DNA of 64,000 bases, taken from contig CM059431.1 in assembly GCA_030390025.1 (NCBI GenBank), forward strand, positions 126,358,001 through 126,422,000, in the 5' to 3' direction. The notes beneath the pieces were generated by a model that saw only the letters and a program-made list of their open reading frames with translations, did not search any database and had not been told where the DNA came from. The position numbers and the translations under genes are program-made. Origin of the DNA: Squalus acanthias. Its lineage: Eukaryota. This document shows, piece after piece, positions 1 to 8,816 of this stretch (position 1 is the first letter of the stretch; each line of letters opens with the position of its first letter).

Positions 1-303
1 AGCACATAGCGGTAATTCAAGTCAGTGGGCCGCACAGGACCTTCTGTCCCTTAATGGTATTCACAACAGTTACCCTGTAGTCAATGAGTGGAGAAGCTAC
101 ACGTAACCTTATTTTGAACGAATGCATTGAGACACGTTGAACTATTTACCTGACTTATTCATCCATACACAGAATAGATAAATTGAACTGATGTGGGGAA
201 TAAGTATTCTCAAAGCTAGGACCACATGGGTACAAATAGTTCAATAATTTATTTAAATAAATATGGGAATGACTCTCCACAAAACAATTTTCTTAACTTA
301 AGT

Positions 304-411
304 CTTCCCTACATTACAACAGTGACTACACTTCCAAAGTACTTTATTGGCCATAAAGCGCTTTGGGACGTCCTGAGGTCATGAAAGGCGCTATATGAAC
401 GCAAATTCTTT
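304..411 (+). mobile_element. 3' tail of a Deu-domain SINE / L2-type element (AmnSINE1/SacSINE1-like tail)
   Basis: Sequence ...acttccaaagtactttattggccataaagcgctttgggacgtcctgaggtcatgaaaggcgctatat...(tctt)n matches my recollection of this tail. The (TCTT)n end resumes after 10609. Confidence 0.55.
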
Positions 412-1720
412 GGGGGGAAAATTCGGTTGCTTTGCGTCTCCCGTTAGCGCAAAGCAACTAGTGCCCGGGCGCGGCAATGTTTGCGCCGCTCACAAAATCG
501 ACCAGACATTTTGCGGCGGTGCTAAGCACTACCGCCACGATGTCCTGCGCCCGCAGATCGTGACATCAGTCGAGCGTGCAACGCCCCGGTAGCGCCCCGG
601 ACCGGATATTGAGTGGCGCCCCCTGCCTTACCACCTGCCGCTAGCAACGACAGGTTGAGGGGAGCGTTTGGCAGTCAGAATGGGACTGGGGGAGCGCTAT
701 TTAAAGGCGACCGCTTCCTACCTATTTTTGTCGTCGACATTTTTGCACCATGCATTCTGAGAGAGAGAGAGACTTCTGGAGAGATTCAACGCTGTGTGAA
801 GAAGTTTTGGGTACTGAGTATCAATTTGCAGGTTCATTTTAATTTTCCCTTCCTTGCATCGAAGTAGAAGAGACTTTTTGGGCTGCGCTCTGAGCTCTTT
901 CCCTGGGCCTCTCAATTTTTCTTTCCAGCAGAATTGATGTACAGGTCTCTCCAGGCCGAGATTCAAGGCTGCAATGAGCAGGGTGTGAATGGAGAGCAAG
1001 ATCGACCCTCCCCTTTAAGGACTGGCCGGCGCCAGTGTGTCTCTGTTCCATTGCTGACTGACATCACATGAGCTTCGCCAGCGCTCTGAGGTAGCGCCTC
1101 GCTCCTCGGCGTTAGCGCCTGTAGAATTCGCAATATATCGCGATTTTATTAATAAGGAGAAAACACAGAGTCTCGTTCAAACAGCTTTTATTTCAGCAGA
1201 ATACTGCCAGGTTTTTTCAAAGTGGACACAAGCAGCCTGTAAAATGGCCGCCGCACCTCGTGACAGAACATTCTAGACTTTTCGACAGGCAGACAAGATG
1301 GCGTTCCAATAAACATTTGTGCAAGATCGATTAAGATTCAGCACAGTGAAGATAATACACGAGACATTATGGGTTTACAGTATACACATAAATACTGAAA
1401 TCGGTCTCCCAGGTACGAATGAAAGCTATTGTACCGAGTAATCAGGGGCCCATCCAAAAGACATTAATATGTAAAATCCCAACGACTCTACGATGAGAGA
1501 GCCGTTAGCAGGTAGTTATACAAAACACTTGGAAGCCCCAAAACCCCTCCAGGGAGAACACCGACCGATTTAACAATGGGAGAAATATTAACAGGTACTC
1601 AGACATTTACGAGTAGCCCCGAAACCCATTAAGAACGGAGATCACCCATACAAGACATTTGAGCGCCAGACCCTTACAAAAGAAAGGACATTAAGGTTGG
1701 GCGGGAAACGGAAGATTTTG

Positions 1721-1732
1721 TACTATAATTAC
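1721..1732 (+). promoter_or_regulatory. Candidate LTR TATA box (TATAAT) followed by a pyrimidine-rich initiator region
   Basis: tactataattac lies ~25-30 nt upstream of a pyrimidine-rich stretch. A tataatt motif is also present in the solo LTR (~34385). YY1-like aaaatggccgcc and aagatggcg motifs lie upstream (~1241, ~1296). Confidence 0.45.
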
Positions 1733-2514
1733 AAGCTCCAACCGTCCATCTTTCTCTTATTCTCTTATCCGATCGACTCGTAACCTCGTGGCTGCTCCTG
1801 CGTTTTGACTCGTAGTCTGGTTCCTGTTTGCCTGGTGCCTTTTTGAAAAAAGACTGTTGAACTTTCTGATCCGTTCGGATCTACCTCGTGTGGCGTAACG
1901 AAGACCTATGTTGGTAACTGGCAGCGGAACCAAAGGCCCGAGATGAGATGAGATGAGATGAGATGAGATGAGAAGAGAGGAAGACCATACTCATCGCCAC
2001 GGTCAGTAAATCCCGACCGCGCCTTGAGGTCGAATAGCCAAGTTTTCCTTGCCAGGAAGACTTCTTTGAACTTGCAAGAACGGTTCATCATCGATGATAT
2101 TGACTGAGCTGTGAAACCTGCTCGGAAAAGTACCTGTTAAACCAACCAACACAGATCTTCATCACAGCAGACGGTCCAGCCTGCTAGCCGGAGCAGAAGC
2201 AAGTAAACAAGTGGGACCAGGAGATCTCCTGACCGACACGTGGGTGCTGCGGTGAAAAACATCCGATCAGCTATTCGGAATTTCTCCGAGTTATCACGAG
2301 TGGTGAGCATGAGTCTCGAAATCCTACGAATCTAGTTAGGACAGATATTGATAGGGGAGGGTTTAAGTATTAAGGATACTTGTAATGTGTGCCCCTATTT
2401 ACGGTGTGTCGTTCGTTCCTCGTTTCCCTAGGATCAGCTATATAACTGCTTGTAAGATTGTACTGTCATTAATCTGTGCTTATGACATGTATTTCATAAT
2501 CTTAAATATCATGC

Positions 2515-2520
2515 AATAAA
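2515..2520 (+). terminator. LTR polyadenylation signal AATAAA (functional copy expected at 10212-10217)
   Basis: AATAAA late in the LTR; the solo LTR has one in a comparable context at 35276-35281. Confidence 0.55.
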
Positions 2521-2773
2521 GATTTTCCATTTCGTACCATTCAACCGAGTCTACATGAGTTTCATCTCCATTACTGCTCTCGCATCTAAGTCCAGTGTCT
2601 AGAACCGTAAGGGCGAGTGATTCGAACCACTCACAGGTGTGTCTAGTGCTCCCAGACTGGCTGGAGACCAGAACAGGCAACAAGGCCTAAACCCGCACTG
2701 ACATACAGGCTGCACAGAGCCGCGTGAATCTCACAGGCTGCGAGACACGCAGGGTCAGAATCCCTTACAGAAA

Positions 2774-4582
2774 ATGGTGACCGCGGCAGGACACTGGCAG
2801 CGAGAGGGTAGTGTGTTAGACTTTGGAATGACTGTACGAAATGTTATGCAGGAAAAGATAGCAGATTATGTGTTCGGAAAGGTTAATCTAACTAAGAAAT
2901 GGATAAGTGAATTGTTAGCGGATAAAAGCCCGCTAGAGGCAGCCGAAAGGTGGACAGATAGTAAAGAACATATAAAGACACTCGAGAAAGCAGTCTGGCT
3001 TATGTGTTACAAAAGGCAGGTTCAGATTTCAAACCAGACCATTACAGCGCTAGTAGCTCGAATCAGTCATTTAGAGGGAGAAATGGATGAGAAGGTTTCT
3101 GGAGGGGAAATGCTCATTAGGAATTTAAGTGCGTTGCACCAAGAACGCCAGGAAATCTCCAGTCACCATAAAACAAGGATAGATTATCTCGAGTGCCAGG
3201 TCACTGAGGCAAAGTTAAATGAGAGCAGGTTAAAGGAAAGATGTGCCCGCCAAGCTGCCCAGATAAGAACTCAGGAAGAGAGCTTAACGGGGGTTAGGGC
3301 GGCATATAAGTTGGCCCTTGAGGATAAGTTTCAGGGAGCCGATCATAGCGCCTGCCAAAAAGAGATAGAGCACCTCAAAAAGGCCGTGAACAAAGCGCAC
3401 GGCATGGTGTGCCTTATCAGTCCGTCAGCACACCAGCCGCTAGTAAGTGAGAAGTTTAAGAAATCCCCACCAAGTAAAGCAGAGGAAGTAGTAGCCACTG
3501 CGCCCTCCGCGCCACCCAGCTATTCGGAAACCTGGGTTAGGGAGGAAGCAATGGAAGAAACGAAAGAGCCCATTGAGAAAGAAGTGGAAAAGGGACCGTT
3601 GTATCCAGTAACGGGTATTAAAAGGGGCCCAAACAGAAACGGTGGGGAAGAACCAGGGGATCTCCTCGGACAGCTTGTGTTGCCTCACAGCTCACACCAG
3701 CTGAGAGCTATGATAAATCACGTACGGAAGCTGACCGAGTCAGACGACCCTTCCGTACATTTCAGAGAAGTTGAGCAAGCCGCAGCCATTAACGGCTGCG
3801 ATGATGGGGAAACAGCAAAAATGCTGCTGTTCTCATTAGACAGCTCGGTCCTTCAGTGTCTCTCAGGCGAGAGCAAGAGGGGAACCAAGACTTATGAGGC
3901 ATTAAAGAATGAGGTCCTGGAAGTGTTGGGGGCGAACGATGAAGGTCCGTTTGCTAGAGTGGGACAGACAGTGCAGATGGAGGGAGAACCCCCGAAGGTT
4001 TTTGCCGACAGGCTGTGGCCAGTATATGAGCGCAGCTGTCTAGGTGCGCCCGAACGCGAAGATGTGGAAGGCGCCGGTTTAGCTCATTGGCTTAGGTGCA
4101 TAATAGCCAACAGTTTACCAGCCGTCAGAGAGCAGGCAAAAGCATGGTTTGATCCCAATGACCCCAACATTACGGAAGAGTCGGTCTTGAATCGACTCAC
4201 GTTAGGATATCGCAATATAAGGGGTATGGCAACACGTCCCCTTAAGGGAAAAGTACATGAGGTACGACCCGCAGCCCCGTATCAAAGAGAGTGGCATCAG
4301 GAGGGTAATCGCGCCCCACAGGCAAGTAATGCTTGTTACGGGTGTGGGAAGACAGGGCACTGGCGCAAGCATTGCAGGAACCCTTGGAAAGATTCCAAGG
4401 ATAAAAATCCCGCGGTCCGAGCCCAGGCGCCTGTCCCGGCTAGGGAAGCTAATGCACCCACCCCTCCCGACGACCTCGAAGTAGTGTTAGGAGCCATGCG
4501 CAGTTTATTGAGTGCACATGGAAAGGTGGCGGTTGCAACCGGCCCCGTAGGTGCCGCAGGACCGTCTAATAGTACCCAATGA
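2774..4582 (+). CDS. gag: Gag polyprotein (coiled coil, late domains, capsid-like region, CCHC zinc knuckle)
   Basis: 602-aa intact ORF. PSAPPSY at 3503-3523; capsid-like QMEGEPPKVFADRLW; CYGCGKTGHWRKHC at 4334-4375. The true start could be a downstream Met. Confidence 0.92.
   Translation: MVTAAGHWQREGSVLDFGMTVRNVMQEKIADYVFGKVNLTKKWISELLADKSPLEAAERWTDSKEHIKTLEKAVWLMCYKRQVQISNQTITALVARISHLEGEMDEKVSGGEMLIRNLSALHQERQEISSHHKTRIDYLECQVTEAKLNESRLKERCARQAAQIRTQEESLTGVRAAYKLALEDKFQGADHSACQKEIEHLKKAVNKAHGMVCLISPSAHQPLVSEKFKKSPPSKAEEVVATAPSAPPSYSETWVREEAMEETKEPIEKEVEKGPLYPVTGIKRGPNRNGGEEPGDLLGQLVLPHSSHQLRAMINHVRKLTESDDPSVHFREVEQAAAINGCDDGETAKMLLFSLDSSVLQCLSGESKRGTKTYEALKNEVLEVLGANDEGPFARVGQTVQMEGEPPKVFADRLWPVYERSCLGAPEREDVEGAGLAHWLRCIIANSLPAVREQAKAWFDPNDPNITEESVLNRLTLGYRNIRGMATRPLKGKVHEVRPAAPYQREWHQEGNRAPQASNACYGCGKTGHWRKHCRNPWKDSKDKNPAVRAQAPVPAREANAPTPPDDLEVVLGAMRSLLSAHGKVAVATGPVGAAGPSNSTQ
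2775..2791 (+). promoter_or_regulatory. Primer-binding site (tRNA identity ambiguous: Trp/Leu/Ser-like)
   Basis: TGGTGACCGCGGCAGGA starts 5 nt after the 5' LTR; TGG complements the tRNA CCA end. Confidence 0.6.
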
Positions 4583-5728
4583 CTAGAGCCCACGCAGCCT
4601 GCCTACCTGTGTCCTTTTAAAAGACACGCACAGGAGGGGGTCTGCGGTGAGGAGGCCAGGTTAAAAGAGCAGGCCTTGCGGGAGGAGAACGCCCGCTTAA
4701 TAGGGAAAATAGATGGGCTGGAAGGGCAGCTTAGAGAGCAGGCCCTGCGGGAGGAGAACGCCCGATCAATGGGAAAGTTAGACGTGCTCAGGCTAGAAGC
4801 GCAGCTTAGAGAGATAAAAGCAGCCTGCAGGGTAGCCAAAAGCCGGGAGTATGAGGATGTAAACCAATGCAAACTGTACAAGCCAGGTGCGCAAGGGAAA
4901 ACCACAGGGGTAAACCCCGCCAGTGGGGAAGCACAGCCCCAGGTAGGACCACAAGGCACACAGGCAGGCAAAGCAGCTTGCATCAGGGGAGGGGACATCC
5001 TGGAAGATCATGAAGCATTTTTCTGGGGTTGGGAGTCAGATGAGGGAGAATTCCGGGAACTCGAGTCAGATGAGGATAGTGATGAAGACGAGTGGTTTTG
5101 GAGGAACGGTCCCGTTTTAGATATAGGGAGAATACGGGCTGCAGATAGAGATCTACACAGGGTGGACACACAAGCTGCAGGTCCCGAGGACAGGAGGGAG
5201 GAGCTAGGGGAGGCGGGGCCAGCCGCTGTGGGAGCACAGGGAGTGACGGTGAGGACCCCAGAGACAGAGCCCTCCGCTTTGAACGTCCCGTCCTCGGGGG
5301 AGGCAGAGATCACGAGTGAAGGGCCGCCTGCTGGGCCGAGCAGGGCGGAGCCACAAACTGCGAGCCCCGAGGTTAGGGAGGCGGAGTCAGCGGAGGCGGA
5401 GCCACCGACTGTGGTGGAACCCCAGGTCGTCCCGATGGAAGTCTCGGAACCCGGTCCGTCAGTCACGGAACCACCGCCCATGGCAACTCCCCGTAGGTCA
5501 AGTAGAGAACCCCAGCCCAGGAGGATGTGGTCATGTCCCCAGACTGCCCCAAGGCGTAGACTTAAGGTTAAGGCAACCCAGATACAGCCCGGCCCCATCG
5601 CAGCAGCAACAGGCTGCGGCAGATCAGAGGAAGGAATCAGTGCAGCAACAGGCTGCGGCAGATCAAAGGGAAGGGTCAGTGCCCTCCCACCGTCGGGAAG
5701 AGCTCGCAGCAGCCTTCTCAGAATTTAA
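4583..5728 (+). CDS. In-frame post-gag ORF (probable Gag readthrough extension); coiled-coil + acidic + Pro/Glu-rich; occupies the pol position
   Basis: After gag TGA the frame stays open (CTA GAG CCC ... TTG CGG GAG GAG at 4676 ...) until TAA at 5726-5728. No DTG/DSG protease, YxDD RT or HHCC/DDE integrase motifs. Confidence 0.7.
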   Translation, partial: LEPTQPAYLCPFKRHAQEGVCGEEARLKEQALREENARLIGKIDGLEGQLREQALREENARSMGKLDVLRLEAQLREIKAACRVAKSREYEDVNQCKLYKPGAQGKTTGVNPASGEAQPQVGPQGTQAGKAACIRGGDILEDHEAFFWGWESDEGEFRELESDEDSDEDEWFWRNGPVLDIGRIRAADRDLHRVDTQAAGPEDRREELGEAGPAAVGAQGVTVRTPETEPSALNVPSSGEAEITSEGPPAGPSRAEPQTASPEVREAESAEAEPPTVVEPQVVPMEVSEPGPSVTEPPPMATPRRSSREPQPRRMWSCPQTAPRRRLKVKATQIQPGPIAAATGCGRSEEGISAATGCGRSKGRVSALPPSGRARSSLLRI

Positions 5729-6017
5729 AGGGGCCGCCCTGAGAACGGGCGGCACTGTATAGTAATAAGTTTTAAGTTTTAAGTTCATAGTTCAAGGTTA
5801 AGTTTATAGTTTTAAATCAGGTTAAGTTTGTAGTTTAATTCTAACAGAAAACGGTAAAATGATGGGAGCTTTAGAGATAGGTTTAGTTAAAATTTATTCA
5901 GCGAACGTTGAAGTTTACGTGAGGCGAGGTCAGGGGACCCGCTCACCCTTCACAGAAGCCAGAGACTCTTGCGAGGCTGGCTACCTCATTCTATCTGATC
6001 ACAGGAACCAAGGAAGG

Positions 6018-8365
6018 ATGGAACGAATTCTAGTATTGCTCGCGGCAATCGGATGTGGATTGGCCTATCGAGGCCGCACCAAGGATGTCGTGGTGTTTGG
6101 ATGTTCCGGGGACACGGCCCCCATCGCGGTGGATGGGACCGGAAGACGGGAGGCAGAGGAGACCAGCACCTATTTCCACAAGGGAAGGTGGCCAGGATGG
6201 CTGGGAACGAACTCAACGGAGTATTCTAGCACATCGGGGTTTGCCTACAAAGAGACTTCTTTAATGTGCCCCAAAGTAAGGATCATCGCACCCAGGATCA
6301 GCGTCACCGTCGGCAAATGGATTTGTTTGACTTGTAGTGGGAATGTCCCATTGAGCCGATGGTGGTGGCTGCGAAAGCTGAGCAAAACTATGAGGAACTC
6401 TTCGGTCGAGTGGGAACGACTGGGTAATAATACCCATCGGACAATTACGGGGACAAACGGACAAGTGAAAGTCTGTTGGGACAAATGGTGGGAACCGGAC
6501 GAGGGAATTTATGTATGTATGTGGGGGTCAAAGTACGTTTGCCCCAAAGGCATCTCCATATTTTTCATTAATCAATGGCAGGATAACGGACAGGGGATGA
6601 GGTGGGATGCGAGCACCAGGGGGTGCGGAGCCCCATTCTCCCCGATCCCAGTAAATGCCACTGAGCTCATTACGCGCCCACGCAAAGCCCCGCCCACAAT
6701 TCCGGTGGTTCTAGCTGAGGAAGAAGGGTGCCCTAAAACTAGTAAGGGACCCGGGAATGGTTTGGTACTGGTCCCCACAGACCAGATACTATTTCAGGGG
6801 GTACATTACGCGGTGGCCTCGGTGATTTTAAATCTCACCGAGGTGCGGTTACCAGAGTGGTGCCCCAAAAAGACGGAACAGTTGTATCAGGTCCTGTTGA
6901 CCAAGATGTTCAGACAATTTTACGAATTCGATTTCGCGGAAATTGATAAAACAAGTTTGTACACCGCACCACAGGAAGTTTTGGATCAAGTAGGGAGGCA
7001 AAGAAGGGGTTTGGTGAACGATGCGTTCACTGCTTTTAACACGGGTACATCTGTGGTCAACGCTCTAGACAGTGTGGAGCTGCAGACCCAGATTAATGGT
7101 CTAAAAACGCAATTTAATGACATTCTAACAGATGAGAATAAAGTGGTAGGGTCGGGTCTACACGAGGACCAAGCCATGACTCTCCATTTAAAGGAAATTA
7201 TAGCAGAGTTGGAGAAACATGCAAAGACGGTAAATGCCCTGATTAGGGAAGATCGGAATGCATCCAATCAAGCTGCGCAGAACGAGGTATGCTTTACGGG
7301 GCGTGGTTACTGGGCGAGGGCCGCAGTAATTTGGAGGATTTAAAACAAGGTTTGGTCCCGTCCTGGATAAGTAACAAACACCTGCGGGCGCTCCACCCTT
7401 TTCAGAACGCATTAAGTCCGTGCCAGCTCAGGCTAGCTTCAGAAGCTTACCCAGTCCCCGTGGACTGCGGACGATCAAACCATACTATTATGGGAATAGT
7501 ATTACACATGCCGGTTTTGGGCGACACAGCAAAGCCCGCCCCGGTGTATCGGGTAGAGAACATTGGTGTCATTCAGGGGGGAGCCCACATTCGTTATGCA
7601 GCGGTTCCACCTTACGTCATCCGCTGGGAGCAAACGATGACAGGTACAGATCTCTCTGGTTGTCGTGGCAGGGGAGCACACATAATACTGTGCCCCCAGC
7701 ACTTGAATGCCTTTTTAACACCACAGTGCGGGTTCAGAACGACTGGCGCCAAGTCCATGAATTGCACCATGGAGGCAATGGCACAAGATCATGTGCCTCC
7801 GCAGGTAGCATACATCGGGGGTGGAACATATTGTGTTACCACTGCAGCGCAACACTACCAGCATGGAAACCGTAGCCGGTGTCCGGTGAGTGACAGCAGT
7901 TTCTGTTTTAAACCCAGGGCGGAAGTTCAAGTAGCACAACAGCGAATCATCCCAATCCCTGAACCATCCACTGTTCATCTCACAGTAAAAGAGAATTTCA
8001 CCGACTTGCAGCGATTCGTCGCGCATTTCGGATACCTCATTCCCCCTCTCCCTGAACACCTCACCAAGCTTTTAAAAGCCGTCGCGGTATCACAGAAACA
8101 TTTTTACACATTAGAACAGAAAACTGTCGAAATAGGAACAGACATTGTGGATATAGTAATTCCACCGTGGTGGAATCTGTTCACCAATATTGAAGTGCCT
8201 TCATGGATCAGAATAGCCTCCCACATTTTAGTCGTATGTCAAGTGTTTATTGTAGTGTACCTATTGGTCGTACATTGTAAAAGAGACAAACGCCTCACCA
8301 AGCATGAAAACACGGGAGAATGGCGAGAACGTTACGTGCGCGTGCACGAAGAAAGCACCGTGTAA
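6018..8365 (+). CDS. env: Envelope glycoprotein: signal peptide, Ig-like domain, furin-cleaved class I fusion protein, TM, short tail; one -1 frameshift between 7247 and 7343
   Basis: MERILVLLAAIGCGLA signal peptide; LTC...W...DEGIYVC Ig signature; RQRR|GLVNDAFTAFNTGTSVVNAL then heptads; Cys-rich region and TM (WIRIASHILVVCQVFIVVYLLVVHC) in ORF 7289-8365; ~782 aa if rejoined. Confidence 0.85.
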
Positions 8366-8805
8366 TCGGATAATGGCGTCATTCCCGCTCGCCACGTGCG
8401 CCGCGGAAGTTTGTACTCGATCATGATTTTCAAAGATTGTAAATACGTTTGGGAACTCGACATGTTTTAAGAGTTGGTGTTGATTATTTTGGTGATGGTG
8501 TTACAGTTAAAAATGATTGTTTGGTTTTGGGTTTGTTTTTCCTCTCCCTGAATAAAAGATGAATATACAGGTGATACGAGAGGCATCGGCCTGGTTACGC
8601 CGGGAAGGAAAACAAGTGGTGTAAGTTTAAGGGCAAATAAAGGCCCACGGTGATATAAAATGTAATTTTCTTGGGAAATAAGGACGACACATAGACCCTA
8701 GCTAGGTTAAAATTATGGGATTAATTTGCTGGATTCGGAGAGAAATCGAGATAATATTGCTCACCACTATGATTTTTGATACGATAAGCGGAGTTATTCG
8801 CATCA

Positions 8806-8816
8806 ACGGGAGGGAC
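8806..8816 (+). promoter_or_regulatory. Polypurine tract
   Basis: acgggagggac immediately before the TG of the 3' LTR. Confidence 0.7.

Larger units (their letters stand above)
1120..2769 (+). repeat. 5' LTR
   Basis: Begins tgtagaattcg and ends cccttaca; direct repeat of 8817-10466; contains (AGATG)n at ~1940-1972. Confidence 0.97.

Noticed and set aside
5008..5598. 196-aa antisense ORF as an accessory gene
   Set aside because: Codon-aligned shadow of a GC-rich low-complexity sense ORF; no independent evidence.
4583..5728. Conventional pol gene
   Set aside because: No aspartic protease, YxDD, RNase H or HHCC/DDE motifs in this ORF or any listed ORF, and the interval is far too short.
5859..6017. 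Upstream in-frame ATG as env start
   Set aside because: The signal peptide begins at Met 6018 and a splice-acceptor-like site ends at 6004; the upstream 53 codons lack recognisable features.
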